From an uncultured cyanobacterium (GTDB lineage: Bacteria; Cyanobacteriota; Cyanobacteriia; CAKZMO01): DNA of 64,000 bases. Position 1 is the stretch's first letter. The number at the start of each line of letters is the position of its first letter. The position numbers and the translations under genes were made by a program. Location of the stretch: the NCBI GenBank assembly GCA_963719515.1, contig CAVRCJ010000003.1, positions 128,001 through 192,000 of the forward strand, given 5' to 3'. The notes under the pieces are model-generated. The model ran no database searches. It had not been told where the DNA came from and saw only the letters and a program-made list of their open reading frames with translations. Positions 10,431-20,987 of this stretch are shown one piece after another.

Positions 10431-12935
10431 TCAAGCAAGGCGAGAATAGCTGCGGCTGATGATGCCAATGCCTGACCCCGCAAAAGCCAACGCGGCGGGC
10501 ACCAGCGGCACCCAGTAGCCCGCTACCAAAAGCCAAAGGCTGCCGCCCACCAGCACAACTAGGCCTAGTCCCCCTAGGGCTAGAGGTCGCCACAATCCCA
10601 CACCGAGTTGCGACCGCCCCACCACCCAGCCGCCCACCGCCCAGCCGCCAATCCACAGCAGTTCACCCCAGAGGGGCCACACCCTGAGCACAGACCGATC
10701 GCCCAGAGCAGCGCTAATCAGCTGGCTGGTCATCTGCGCCTGTAAAAATACGCCTGCAGTTTTGTCACCGCTGCTTGTCCCGTAGGGCGTAGCCCAGTCA
10801 TCCGTCATGCTGCTTGCCGTGACGCCAATCAGCACAATTCGATTGGCGATCGCCTCTGGGTTCACTTTGTCATCAAGAACTTGGGCGAGGGAAACCCGAT
10901 CGGCGATGACTCGCGGGGATGACAGGGCGCGGTAGTTAAGCAAGATCTGATTGCCAGCAGCGTCTATGGGCTGGTAGCCACCGCTGCGGGAGCGCAGTCG
11001 CGGAAACAGAGCGTCTCCAATGACTAGATTGCCTCCGGCGTCAAAGCGAGGGGTGATGTCTTCCCCTTGAAGGTATAAGAAGGCGAGGCGAGCGCTAAAG
11101 GCATAGGGCGTTGTACAGGTCGCGACGGGGTCGACTGCTAAAGAAACCAAGTGTCGCCGCACCACTCCGTCGCGATCGTCAAGGAAGTCGCTAAAGCCGA
11201 CTAGCTCTTCAGTCAGCTCAGGGGGAGGATCCACACCAATCGGATCGACGGTAGGGTCGCGGCTTTTGCAGACGCCCACCAGGCGATCGCCCGCCCGCAG
11301 TCGGGCTGCCAGCGTGGGATGGTTGGGGCTAACGGGATAGTCGCGGTAGATATCGAGACCAATAACTCGGGCCTGATGACGATCGAGGACTGTGAGCAGG
11401 CGGTCTAGCGCTTCATCTGATAAGGAGCCTCGCCGCTCCGGGGGCTGGGCGCGGATATCAGCTTCGCTAATAGTGACGACTAAAAATCGTGGGTCCGGTA
11501 GTTCAGCGGACCGCATCCGCATGAGGCGATCGAATACATACAGTTCTACGAGCTCTAAGCTCCCCAGCAGGCGCAGCCCCATCACGGCGGCGATCATCAA
11601 CAGCGGCATCCAGAGCGTGCCAATCTTGAGGGGCAGCGGCCCCTTCTCTCCTCCCGCTTTCTCTAACGCGGCTGAAGACGGGTGGTGAGTGCCTTTTAGC
11701 TCATCCCAGGTTACCGGCTGCTCAGCTGGGTTTTGCACAATTACAGGCAGCCAGGTGGCGCAGGGGCACAGCTGCTCCAAAGCCTGGAGCTGTTCGCGGG
11801 CGGCGCGGACGGCAAGGTAGAGCGGCTGACCCTCGGCAAAAGCCATAAGAAAGTGCTTTAGAAAGGCGTGGGCCACCCCATCGGGGACTGGCTCGCGCAT
11901 CACGATGACCTGGGGAATATGGAGGTCAGCCAAATCCCACGCTAGTCCCAGGCCATCGCAGGAATTGAAAATGGCCAGCTGTAGCCCTTGAGCGATCGCC
12001 CTGCGCAGGGCATATTGGAGCTGAACGAGACTGATAGTGTCCCTGCGGTTGAGCTGCAGTACGCCTTGGTTTTGGCTAGAGCTGTGGCCCGCAAAGAAGA
12101 GAATATCCCAGGAGCCTTGCCAAAGCTTCTGGTGCAGGTCGTCCAAACTGGGCTCGGCTAGGACCGTGACGGCGGCGCCGGGTAGGGTCGATAGAAGCTG
12201 CCGGTCCATCTCCACGTCGATGTCCTGGGCATTGCCCAAAACTGCTAAAACTGTAACCTGGCCGTCGGTCTTTTGGTGGGGCCGCTTGACAGAACGCTGA
12301 TAGTTGATCGAGCTCAGGGCGAGCTCAGCGTGGGGGTAGTCTTCGAACAGTTGCCAGAGCTGCCAGGGGTAGCGCAAGACTTCTCGATCCTCCGCCGCCA
12401 CGACGACGCGAATCTCATCGCTGCGCCCCAGCTGAGTTCTCAGCTGACGATCTATAAGCCGAAAGGTAGGCGATTCAAGCCAGCTGTTGAGCTGGTGCCG
12501 CAGGTCATGGCCAAGCTGTACAAACTCTGCCCCTGACACATGAGTGACGTCGTCCTCGTCAACATCGATGGGGAAGTCTAGCGAGGGCGCTGCTGAATCT
12601 GCAGACCCTTCTGCTACTGAATCTTCTGCTGAGTCGTCTGCTGGGCTGGCTTCATCCCCATTACGCCTCGGATCTGCAGAGCCCGGCGCCTTTACGTTTT
12701 GCCCTGCATCAGGATCCGTAGTCAGCGAGCGTCGTCGACTGCCGCAGGCGTCATAGAGGGCCTCGTAGAGCGATCGCCACCGCCGGTAAACCCGATCGAG
12801 GTCGGGGGCGATAGGTAAGCTGCCTGAAACCTGCATTGGCGCACCGCTGCCCGCTTCCCAAAGCTGCAGGGTAACGCTGGCAAACCCTTGCTGCCAGCTA
12901 CCTTGCCCCAACGTGAGCATCACGCGCTGTTCCAT
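10431..12935 (-). CDS. CHAT (caspase/HetF-like) protease domain + CHASE2 sensor membrane protein
   Basis: His/Cys dyad motifs FFAGHS and AIFNSCDG; TM helix; CHASE2 motifs (ARVIGLDIYRD, DRDGVVRR, IVLIGVTA); three C-terminal TM helices. Confidence 0.88.
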   Translation of the reverse strand: MEQRVMLTLGQGSWQQGFASVTLQLWEAGSGAPMQVSGSLPIAPDLDRVYRRWRSLYEALYDACGSRRRSLTTDPDAGQNVKAPGSADPRRNGDEASPADDSAEDSVAEGSADSAAPSLDFPIDVDEDDVTHVSGAEFVQLGHDLRHQLNSWLESPTFRLIDRQLRTQLGRSDEIRVVVAAEDREVLRYPWQLWQLFEDYPHAELALSSINYQRSVKRPHQKTDGQVTVLAVLGNAQDIDVEMDRQLLSTLPGAAVTVLAEPSLDDLHQKLWQGSWDILFFAGHSSSQNQGVLQLNRRDTISLVQLQYALRRAIAQGLQLAIFNSCDGLGLAWDLADLHIPQVIVMREPVPDGVAHAFLKHFLMAFAEGQPLYLAVRAAREQLQALEQLCPCATWLPVIVQNPAEQPVTWDELKGTHHPSSAALEKAGGEKGPLPLKIGTLWMPLLMIAAVMGLRLLGSLELVELYVFDRLMRMRSAELPDPRFLVVTISEADIRAQPPERRGSLSDEALDRLLTVLDRHQARVIGLDIYRDYPVSPNHPTLAARLRAGDRLVGVCKSRDPTVDPIGVDPPPELTEELVGFSDFLDDRDGVVRRHLVSLAVDPVATCTTPYAFSARLAFLYLQGEDITPRFDAGGNLVIGDALFPRLRSRSGGYQPIDAAGNQILLNYRALSSPRVIADRVSLAQVLDDKVNPEAIANRIVLIGVTASSMTDDWATPYGTSSGDKTAGVFLQAQMTSQLISAALGDRSVLRVWPLWGELLWIGGWAVGGWVVGRSQLGVGLWRPLALGGLGLVVLVGGSLWLLVAGYWVPLVPAALAFAGSGIGIISRSYSRLA

Positions 12936-12938
12936 GGC

Positions 12939-14180
12939 CTACGTCGTGAACGGTTCTAGAATTGTTGTGGTTCCCAACTGCACCTGGACGCTGAAGGCGC
13001 ATCTCGGCGGTAGCCGAAATCGCTTGAGCTGAATGTAATCCCCCATCCCTCTACTCTGCACCGTTTGTACGACCTTTTTTGATGGCGCAAGTAGACTGAT
13101 TTCAACACCCTTTGGCAAAGCCGCTTCTACTTCGGGCCGCAGCTGTACTCTTACGGCAGAGCGCCCATCGGCCTCCAATTCCACACTGACAAGCAAGATT
13201 ACCGGAACCGAGTCAGTATCGGCCTCTAAGGTAAGGCGCTTGCCTCGACAGACGATCCTTGCGGGCTCAAGCTTCCGAAATGCCATGGCAGCATCTGACA
13301 TAGGCAGGAGAGACTGCAGGGTCTGCCAGCCTTGATTCGACCGGTCAATTTCTGGCCTTGTCTGCGCTAGGCTGCGGAGCCACTGCCCCAAGTCTGTAAG
13401 GCTAAGCTCCTGAGACTGTCCCTGCAATTCATCTTGAACCTTTTGCCGAGCATTGTAAAGCCGCGATCGCCAGGTGGGATGCTCTAGCAGCGCTCCCCAA
13501 AGGGGGACCGGCACCTCTAAGCGGGGTATGGGGCAATCTGACCGGCCCAAGCGCTGAATTAGCGACTCGGCCTGTGGGGAAGGCAGGCCGGAAAGCGGCG
13601 GTACAGTCAGCCGCGTGCGTTCTTTAGGGCAAAGGGATCGCGATGCCGAGAGAACGGATAGATCGGCGAGCCTTTCGCCCGGCAAGCTGTAGGTGCGATC
13701 GCCGGAATCATAGCGTCCGTGCTGCTTAAGATCGGCGTGGGTCGTGTAGCTCCATAGACAAAGCTGGCGGTCATCGGGGTTGATTTGAACCCCGACGTAG
13801 TAGTCCCCGATCCAGCTTGGAATATCGACCCACTCTTGGGGAACGCGCAGCTCGCTAACGTCGATCGCTTCCGAGGGAACCAGGACTAGTCGAGCAGCTT
13901 GGGAATCCGCCGTGTCGGCAGCCGCTCCGTGAACCGAGACGGCGCTGCCGCCCACTAAATCCCAGATAGAGCGCCTGTTCCTATCGTCGAACTGCTCCGA
14001 GTTGACCCCAAACTCATCTTGTAGCCAAGGCAGGACGCCATAGAGACAAAGCTGGTTTAGGTAAGCCCGCCATGCCGCCGGACCCCGGTGGTGATTTCGG
14101 CTAGCTTGCCAGCTTTTAGCCTGCAGACTTGGGTCTAAATCAAGAAAAAGCTGCCCCGAGGGGTTGAGTAGACTTGTCAT
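12939..14180 (-). CDS. DUF1822 family protein
   Basis: AWRAYLNQLCL, ELRVPQEWVDIPSWIGDYYVGVQI and LSLTDLGQWL motifs; C-terminal beta-rich domain ending ..EPFT. Confidence 0.82.
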   Translation of the reverse strand: MTSLLNPSGQLFLDLDPSLQAKSWQASRNHHRGPAAWRAYLNQLCLYGVLPWLQDEFGVNSEQFDDRNRRSIWDLVGGSAVSVHGAAADTADSQAARLVLVPSEAIDVSELRVPQEWVDIPSWIGDYYVGVQINPDDRQLCLWSYTTHADLKQHGRYDSGDRTYSLPGERLADLSVLSASRSLCPKERTRLTVPPLSGLPSPQAESLIQRLGRSDCPIPRLEVPVPLWGALLEHPTWRSRLYNARQKVQDELQGQSQELSLTDLGQWLRSLAQTRPEIDRSNQGWQTLQSLLPMSDAAMAFRKLEPARIVCRGKRLTLEADTDSVPVILLVSVELEADGRSAVRVQLRPEVEAALPKGVEISLLAPSKKVVQTVQSRGMGDYIQLKRFRLPPRCAFSVQVQLGTTTILEPFTT

Positions 14181-14197
14181 TGCTCCGTCTCCTGGGG

Positions 14198-15406
14198 TTA
14201 CTCTGCCGCACTGTAGTAGCTATACAACCATTCTTCCAAAACAGTACTCATCCCCTTCAATACGTCGGTGTTGAGCGAAATATGCAGGGTATCGCGACTC
14301 CAAAGAGAAATTTGTTTGAGCAGTGTCTCCCGCACTTTGCTCAACCGGCGTGACACCGTATATTGTTGGACCGACAGACTCTGCGCAATCTGCTGCTGCG
14401 TTTGTCCCTGACGGTAATACAATGCCAAGATGTCCTGGGCTTCTGGAGGGAGCTGCTCCAGCGCCTGACGCAGCTCTCGGTCAAGCTCAGTTTGCTGGTG
14501 CTGTCGGGCGTCAATCTCCTCTTGAAGCGCCAGGGCATCCAAGAGCGAATCGCAGGTCGGATCGCTGAGAGTGTCTTGAAGCTCGTCGCCACCTCCCAGT
14601 CTTGAGGTGTTGAGCGAGGTCGCTTTAGGGTATAGGTAAGACCGGGCAGCAGCGGCACAGTGGCGTAGCCAGACGTTGAGCGTAGCTCCATCAGCGCTTG
14701 GCGGTACGGGCGCTGAGGTCTGGCGCTGTTGGTTAAACTGGTGGGCGATCGCTTGCCAAAGCTCGGCGCTCGGCTGATTGAGCTGACGAGTCGCGTCCGC
14801 TGACGGGACGTAGATCGCTTTGAAGCAGCGCCACGCTAGGACGTAGGGGCTTACCTTATCTCCTAGCCCACTGGCCAGCAGCGCTTCTTCGAGTCGTTTC
14901 TGGCTGAGTCTACGCAGCAGCGCCCAATCGCTGCAAATGTCGAGCTCCTTTCGCTGCCGCAAAGTGTCGCGAATGATGTTGTTGAAAGCGGTGTGGGCAT
15001 AGGTATCAAGTCGGGAGCCTCTCTCAGGGGAGAAATGATCTAGAACATAGCCCAATCGAGCGATCGCTATCTGAAAGTAGTCCGCTAAACCATCGTAGTG
15101 GGCTGAAAACCGGGCCGTTTTGCTAGCGGCCCAGTAGCAAGTCTCCTGCAAGTACGCGGCCAGGTGACCATAGGGAAGATTGGCCCGGTTGTCTTGACCA
15201 CCGGTGAGACGCCAGCACTTATACCAATAGGTGATCAAGTATTTTGCAGTAGCTTGGGCCTGCTCGTCTTGTTCATAATTGATGCGGTTTAGAGCTGCTC
15301 TGGTGTGGCGGGCGAGCCGCACATCGGTGATCCACCGCTTAAAACGATCGTCCGCTAATTCAATGAAGGTCGAAAACTGCTCGACAACCGCAGAACGTTC
15401 CAGCAT
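14198..15406 (-). CDS. Sigma-70 family RNA polymerase sigma-like factor (cyanobacterial type found next to DUF1822)
   Basis: FSTF N-terminus, HLAAYLQETCYWAA, CSDWALLRRLSQKRL; region-4 HTH LYYRQGQTQQQIAQSLSVQQYTVSRRL. Start 15406 or 15439. Confidence 0.8.
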   Translation of the reverse strand: MLERSAVVEQFSTFIELADDRFKRWITDVRLARHTRAALNRINYEQDEQAQATAKYLITYWYKCWRLTGGQDNRANLPYGHLAAYLQETCYWAASKTARFSAHYDGLADYFQIAIARLGYVLDHFSPERGSRLDTYAHTAFNNIIRDTLRQRKELDICSDWALLRRLSQKRLEEALLASGLGDKVSPYVLAWRCFKAIYVPSADATRQLNQPSAELWQAIAHQFNQQRQTSAPVPPSADGATLNVWLRHCAAAARSYLYPKATSLNTSRLGGGDELQDTLSDPTCDSLLDALALQEEIDARQHQQTELDRELRQALEQLPPEAQDILALYYRQGQTQQQIAQSLSVQQYTVSRRLSKVRETLLKQISLWSRDTLHISLNTDVLKGMSTVLEEWLYSYYSAAE

Positions 15407-15599
15407 AGAGGACAAAGGTCTAAAATCGCATCGTTTCATCTTAGATCCACTTCGCCCCGTAAATCTACTCGACCCAATCTACTCGACTATCACGGGCTAA
15501 TCCGCCGTTCTCACCACAATTTTATTTGCAGAGAATGCTATACATTGGGTGAGTTGGGGTCGGAACTGACCTGCTGTCCGTGTTCGTGTTTACAGAGTC

Positions 15600-17294
15600 A
15601 TGGTCATTGATGTACTCGCTCAAGTTTTGCTTCTCGATGTCCCCCCTAAGTCTATCCCGTCACACCTCGTTGCCCAGGTAGCCGAGCCCCCATCAACTCA
15701 GCCTCTCCCCGAACCCGACCTATCTCCGCTGCCACCACCAAGCGAGCTGCTACAGTCTCCCGAAGAAGAGCGTCCCTCCGAGCCTGAGGCCGAGGTGCCT
15801 GACCAGATTTTCGTCGAGCGCTTCACCGTCGAGGGCAACACCGTTATCGATGACGAAGCCTTAGCGGCGGTGCTCGACTCATTTGCGGGGCGATCGCTCT
15901 CTTTTGCCGAGCTGCTGCAGGCTCGCTCCGCCGTTACCCAGCGCTACGTCGATGAAGGCTACGTCACTTCAGGGGCCTTCATTCCGCCTCAGGTCTTGAC
16001 CGAAGGTGCGGTGATTATCCAGGTCTTGGAAGGGCGACTAGAAGAGATCAACGTCGACGTCAATGGGCGACTTAGCTCAGGCTACGTGCGGCGCAGACTG
16101 CGGCGGGCGGCTTCTCCAGTTCTCAATACCGATACTTTACTCAACGCCCTACAGCTTCTGCAGATCGACCCACTGATCGACACGATCTCGGCGGAGCTGT
16201 CGACGGGGGTACAGCCGGGGACTAGCGTACTGGATGTGGTGGTGGACCAGGCGGACACCTTTGACGTCACCCTGCAAACCAACAACGGGCGATCCCCCAG
16301 CGTAGGGAGCTTTCGGCGTGGCCTAACGCTCAGCGAAGGTAACCTCCTCGGCGTTGGCGATGGGATCAGCGTCGGCTACGCCAACACCGATGGGAGCGAC
16401 ACCCTAGACCTAAGCTATCGCGTTCCTCTCAATGCCTCAGGCGGTACCTTTGCCACCAATCTCGGCTTCACTGATAGCGAGGTGATTGAAGATCCGTTCA
16501 ATTTCTTGGATATTCAGTCCAAGTCACGGTTCTATGAATTCACCTACCGTCAACCCGTAGTCCAAGCGCCAGAACATGAGTTTGCCCTCAGTCTTACCGC
16601 TTCTCGGCGAGAGAGCCAGAGTGAGTTTCTAGAAGGGGTGATAGGGGAGTCGGTGCCCTTCCCGGCGCTGGGGGCAGACGAAGAGGGGCGCACCCGCATC
16701 TCGGCGCTGCGGTTTGCTCAAGACTGGACTCAGCAAGGGCCTCGCCAGGTGATTGCGGCGCGATCGCAATTTAGTCTGGGTTTAGATGCCTTCGACGCCA
16801 CTATCAACGAAACGGGCCCAGACGCTCGCTTTTTAGCTTGGCGAGGTCAGGGCCAGTGGGTACGGCTGTTAGATGAAGATCTGCTGCTGCTGGTGCGGGG
16901 GGACCTACAGCTGGCGGATAACAGCTTGGTTCCGCTGGAACAATTTGGTTTGGGGGGCGGGCAAACGGTGCGAGGCTACCGTCAGGACGAGCTGCTCACC
17001 GACAGCGGCGTGCTGTTTTCTTCAGAAATTCGGGTGCCCGTACTGCGGGTACGGCAGGCGGACGGACTGCTGCAGGTGGTTCCTTTCATTGATGTGGGGC
17101 GGGGCTGGAACATCGGGACATCTGATCTTGACCCAGCAACCCTAGCTTCCCTTGGTCTGGGCCTGCTGTGGCAGATGGGCGATCGCCTCAATGCCAGAGT
17201 TGACGTAGGGTTTCCGCTGATTGATACCGATACCGATGGCGGCACCCTACAGGAGGATGGTATCCATTTCACAGTCAGTCTAAGACTGTTTTGA
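15600..17294 (+). CDS. TpsB (ShlB/FhaC/HecB) outer-membrane secretion/activation protein
   Basis: POTRA motifs (FTVEGNTV, YVDEGYVTSGAFIPPQ); loop-6 TVRGYRQD; C-terminal Phe. Confidence 0.9.
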   Translation: MVIDVLAQVLLLDVPPKSIPSHLVAQVAEPPSTQPLPEPDLSPLPPPSELLQSPEEERPSEPEAEVPDQIFVERFTVEGNTVIDDEALAAVLDSFAGRSLSFAELLQARSAVTQRYVDEGYVTSGAFIPPQVLTEGAVIIQVLEGRLEEINVDVNGRLSSGYVRRRLRRAASPVLNTDTLLNALQLLQIDPLIDTISAELSTGVQPGTSVLDVVVDQADTFDVTLQTNNGRSPSVGSFRRGLTLSEGNLLGVGDGISVGYANTDGSDTLDLSYRVPLNASGGTFATNLGFTDSEVIEDPFNFLDIQSKSRFYEFTYRQPVVQAPEHEFALSLTASRRESQSEFLEGVIGESVPFPALGADEEGRTRISALRFAQDWTQQGPRQVIAARSQFSLGLDAFDATINETGPDARFLAWRGQGQWVRLLDEDLLLLVRGDLQLADNSLVPLEQFGLGGGQTVRGYRQDELLTDSGVLFSSEIRVPVLRVRQADGLLQVVPFIDVGRGWNIGTSDLDPATLASLGLGLLWQMGDRLNARVDVGFPLIDTDTDGGTLQEDGIHFTVSLRLF

Positions 17295-17379
17295 CCAGAA
17301 TTTTTACCAGCGGCCAAGCGCCCTTTCTCGATTGCCATAGGCAATAGGTTGAGAAATAGAGCTGACCGTTCCCAAGGAA

Positions 17380-17901
17380 TTACTGGGACGAGGTATATTC
17401 GCGGGTTTCAGAAGCATTTGGCGCAGCTGCCGACAGACGAACGACGTCCGTTCCGTTCTGCAGGTGATTCAACGCCTCAGCAAAATCTCGAATTCCCTGA
17501 AATTGTCGGTAGACAGACGCAAACCGCACGTAGGCAACCTCGTTAAGCTGACGCAGCTGCATCAGCACTAAGTCACCGAGTTCTTGACTCGTGACTTCGC
17601 GACCTGCACGCTGCTGAAGCTCCGCCTCAATTTCGTCTACAAGGTTCTCCTGCTGGACTAGCCTCAGCTCAGTCTTTTCTGCCGCCCGAGCAACACCTCG
17701 CAGAAGCTTGGAGCGATCAAAGGCCTCGCGATTTCCATCCCGCTTTATGACCGTGATGGGAACGAACTCGATACGCTCATAGGTCGTAAACCGGCGCTTG
17801 CAGTCCAAGCACTCTCGACGGCGACGCACGCTTTGTCCCGACTCCGCAGAACGAGACTCTAACACTCTGTTGTCAGGAAACTGACAAAATGGACATCGCA
17901 T
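17380..17901 (-). CDS. nrdR: Transcriptional repressor NrdR
   Basis: MRCPFC...[20 protein letters not shown]n ribbon; ATP cone; [13 protein letters not shown]. Confidence 0.96.
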   Translation of the reverse strand: MRCPFCQFPDNRVLESRSAESGQSVRRRRECLDCKRRFTTYERIEFVPITVIKRDGNREAFDRSKLLRGVARAAEKTELRLVQQENLVDEIEAELQQRAGREVTSQELGDLVLMQLRQLNEVAYVRFASVYRQFQGIRDFAEALNHLQNGTDVVRLSAAAPNASETREYTSSQ

Positions 17902-18283
17902 ACTTGTATAGCCCTTCGTAGCCTTAGGTTTCGTAAAACCGCGCTTAAATAAACTAGCAAAGCTAAATACTCTGCATGACCCTTAGGGTATCACAAACAT
18001 ACGCTACCCGTGCCGTTTCGTTGCTGGTGCGCACGCTATTTCACGATCTTGCACTCAACGGAACTCTTATCTTGACTGCTCTAAGCCCCGGCTTTTTTGT
18101 CCGGACTACCCTACTTCAGCTTCTCGCTTCAAAACGCGAAAATGCCTTGCCGACAATAAGTTAGCAAAGCATTTTCTTTAAACTTAGACCTCGGAAGCTT
18201 CTGAAACATCCGATGAAATCAGCTAATTTCAGGGCCGTTCAATTTTGGCCATCTAATCTTGGCCAGACTGACTTCAACAGCGC

Positions 18284-18382
18284 TTAATCCTTATTGATTC
18301 GAGGCGGCTCTCGAAACGCGATCGCAAAGAATAGAACACCGATGGCACCAGCTAGGACAAGAATGTATGCAACACTCTCCAT
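18284..18382 (-). CDS. psbT: Photosystem II reaction centre protein T
   Basis: Manually translated 32 aa MESVAYILVLAGAIGVLFFAIAFREPPRINKD, downstream of psbB. Confidence 0.95.
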   Translation of the reverse strand: MESVAYILVLAGAIGVLFFAIAFREPPRINKD

Positions 18383-18459
18383 GACTGCAGATCCTCTATC
18401 AATTCATATTCCCCATCAGCTTATCACCAATTCACGCCTCGAAAGCGGATTATAGACAA

Positions 18460-18497
18460 AGATAGCCTGGACGCTTTGGTAGACGTCCAGGCTATCT
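18460..18497. terminator. Stem-loop 3' of psbB (terminator or RNA-stabilising hairpin)
   Basis: 14-bp perfect inverted repeat AGATAGCCTGGACG / CGTCCAGGCTATCT. Confidence 0.6.
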
Positions 18498-18572
18498 GAA
18501 AGACATAGCGATCGCTAGAGGTGTACAGACTGCAGGCTGATTTTTCTTCTCAACCCGGCAGCGCTTAACCCT

Positions 18573-20105
18573 CTAGATAGGCTCTTCACGGCGGGTAGTT
18601 TTGTCACCCAGTTTCTGGAAGAAGCCCCACTCCACCTGTTCGGGAGATAGATCGGGGTCAACCCCAGCAAACACATCTCGGAACAGAGTGCGAGCACCGT
18701 GCCAGATGTGGCCAAAGAAGAAGAGCAGCGCGAACACCGCGTGGCCGAAGGTAAACCAGCCGCGAGTGCTGGTGCGGAAGACACCGTCAGACCCAAGAGT
18801 CTCGGTATCGAACTCAAACGGCTCTCCGAGCTGAGCTTTACGGGCGTAGCGCTTCACCACAGCGGGTTCGGTGAACGTCTGTCCTCCGAGGGCACCGCCG
18901 CTGAAAGCAACCGTAACGCCGGTCTGCTCGAAGCTATACTTCGATTCAGCCCGACGGAAGGGGATGTCAGCTCGAATCTCGCCTTCTTTGTCAACCAAGA
19001 TAACCGGGAAGGTCTCAAAGAAGTTGGGAAGACGACGCACCGAGAGCACGCGCCCTTCGCTGTCCGTGAACTCAGGGTGGCCGAGCCAAGTCTGGGCAAT
19101 ACCATCGCCCTTAACCATAGGACCAACGCGGAATAGACCGCCTTTTGCGGGGCTATTGCCAACGTAGTCGAAGAAGGCTAGCTTCTCGGGAATCTGTTCC
19201 CAAGCCGCTTCCTCTGATAGACCTGACGCGATACCGCTTTGAACACGGCGGTCAACTTCCTGCTGGAAGTAGCCGCTATCCCACTGATAGCGAGTGGGGC
19301 CAAAGAGCTCGATAGGCGTGGCGGCACTGCCGTACCACATCGTTCCGGCAACCACGAAGGCCGCGAAGAATACAGCAGCAATGCTGCTGGAGAGCACGGT
19401 CTCAATGTTACCCATCCGCAGCGCCCGGTAGAGGCGTTCAGGCGGCCGCACCGTTAGGTGAAACAGCCCTGCAATGATGCCAACCGTACCCGCTGCGATA
19501 TGGTGAGCCACGATACCGCCGGGGTTGAACGGATCGAAGCCTTCAGGGCCCCAGGCCGGCGCTACCGGCTGTACGCTCCCCGTCAGGCCAAACGGATCAG
19601 ACACCCACATCCCCGGTCCCCAAAGACCGGTGAGGTGAAATGCCCCAAAACCGAAGCAAAGTAGTCCCGACAGAAATAGATGGATACCAAACATTTTGGG
19701 GAGATCCAGCGCTGGATCTCCGGTGCGTGGGTCTCTAAATAGCTCTAGATCCCAATAGACCCAGTGCCAGCAAGCGGCCAAAAACAGCAGGCCAGACAGC
19801 ACGATGTGAGCAGCGGCAACCCCTTCGAATGACCAGTAGCCAGGGTCAACTGCCGTACCGCCCGTGACGCTCCAGCCCCCCCATGACTCAGTCACGCCGA
19901 GGCGTGCCATAAAGGGCAGCACGAACATGCCCTGACGCCACATCGGATTGAGAACGGCATCACTCGGATCAAAAATAGCGAGCTCGTAGAGAGCCATCGA
20001 GCCGGCCCAGCCAGCTACCAGCGCTGTATGCATGAGGTGTACAGCAATCAGTCGGCCTGGGTCATTGATGACGACTGTGTGTACCCGATACCAGGGTAGT
20101 CCCAT
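18573..20105 (-). CDS. psbB: Photosystem II CP47 chlorophyll-binding protein
   Basis: [37 protein letters not shown]..., 510 aa. Confidence 0.99.
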   Translation of the reverse strand: MGLPWYRVHTVVINDPGRLIAVHLMHTALVAGWAGSMALYELAIFDPSDAVLNPMWRQGMFVLPFMARLGVTESWGGWSVTGGTAVDPGYWSFEGVAAAHIVLSGLLFLAACWHWVYWDLELFRDPRTGDPALDLPKMFGIHLFLSGLLCFGFGAFHLTGLWGPGMWVSDPFGLTGSVQPVAPAWGPEGFDPFNPGGIVAHHIAAGTVGIIAGLFHLTVRPPERLYRALRMGNIETVLSSSIAAVFFAAFVVAGTMWYGSAATPIELFGPTRYQWDSGYFQQEVDRRVQSGIASGLSEEAAWEQIPEKLAFFDYVGNSPAKGGLFRVGPMVKGDGIAQTWLGHPEFTDSEGRVLSVRRLPNFFETFPVILVDKEGEIRADIPFRRAESKYSFEQTGVTVAFSGGALGGQTFTEPAVVKRYARKAQLGEPFEFDTETLGSDGVFRTSTRGWFTFGHAVFALLFFFGHIWHGARTLFRDVFAGVDPDLSPEQVEWGFFQKLGDKTTRREEPI

Positions 20106-20320
20106 CGACTACGCTCCTCCTATGCTTAAACGGTTTATAGTCTTGAACGGTTAAACCGTCCAAAGGTTCAACTTTAGACAGTTTGACAATTCAATTGTAA
20201 GAATGAAAGTGTATAAAGAAGTGTAACCATTGGCCGACCCTATTGCAAGGGGGTGGGACGGGGGCAGGGGCTCCTTCCAGTGGGAGATTATTTCGGTTAA
20301 GGCGTTCAGGAGCCAGTGCT

Positions 20321-20632
20321 GTGTCTAGTATTAAGTTTGTTGATGAAGAGGCCGAAATCATCGCCGCTAACGGCGCGAACCTCCGCCTCAAAGCGCTGGA
20401 GAATGACATCGATATCTACACCTTCACCGGCAAGTTGATGAACTGTGGGGGGTACGGCCAGTGCGGCACCTGCATCGTCGAGATCACCGAGGGAATGGGC
20501 AATCTCTCGCCACGCACTGAGGTCGAGAACCGTAAGCTTAAAAAGTATCCCGAAACCTATCGCCTGGCTTGTCAGACTCTTGTGAATGGATCGGTTTCGG
20601 TTCGCACCAAGCCTCAGAAAAAGTCGAAATAG
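20321..20632 (+). CDS. 2Fe-2S ferredoxin-like protein
   Basis: [11 protein letters not shown]...RLACQT; GTG start at 20321 inferred; lies next to psbB/psbM. Confidence 0.88.
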   Translation: MSSIKFVDEEAEIIAANGANLRLKALENDIDIYTFTGKLMNCGGYGQCGTCIVEITEGMGNLSPRTEVENRKLKKYPETYRLACQTLVNGSVSVRTKPQKKSK

Positions 20633-20747
20633 ACTCTTTTCGCAGGGGGGCATCCTAGCTCAGCTCTTGGTGCCCACGCCGGCAAAGACGGTACGACTCC
20701 CGCAAAGTGGTATGATGCTTGCTGGTAGTGTTGAAAGGCTAGGATCT

Positions 20748-20852
20748 ATGGAAGTCAACGACTTGGGCTTTATCGCAACTATTTTGTTTGTGTTCGTGCC
20801 GACGGTATTTCTGCTAATCCTATTTATTCAGACCAAAGAAGAATCTCGTTAG
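20748..20852 (+). CDS. psbM: Photosystem II protein M
   Basis: [29 protein letters not shown], 34 aa. Confidence 0.95.
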   Translation: MEVNDLGFIATILFVFVPTVFLLILFIQTKEESR

Positions 20853-20987
20853 ACCCAGGTTCTACAGGTGGATGCCTGCGGCACTCGGGCATGGAAAAAG
20901 GCTCTGGGTGTGGCGGCCGTACCTCAGCAGCTACAGGCTAGAGCAGTCCAGAGCGTGTCTCCTTCGGGACCGCAGGGGTACAGGCTA

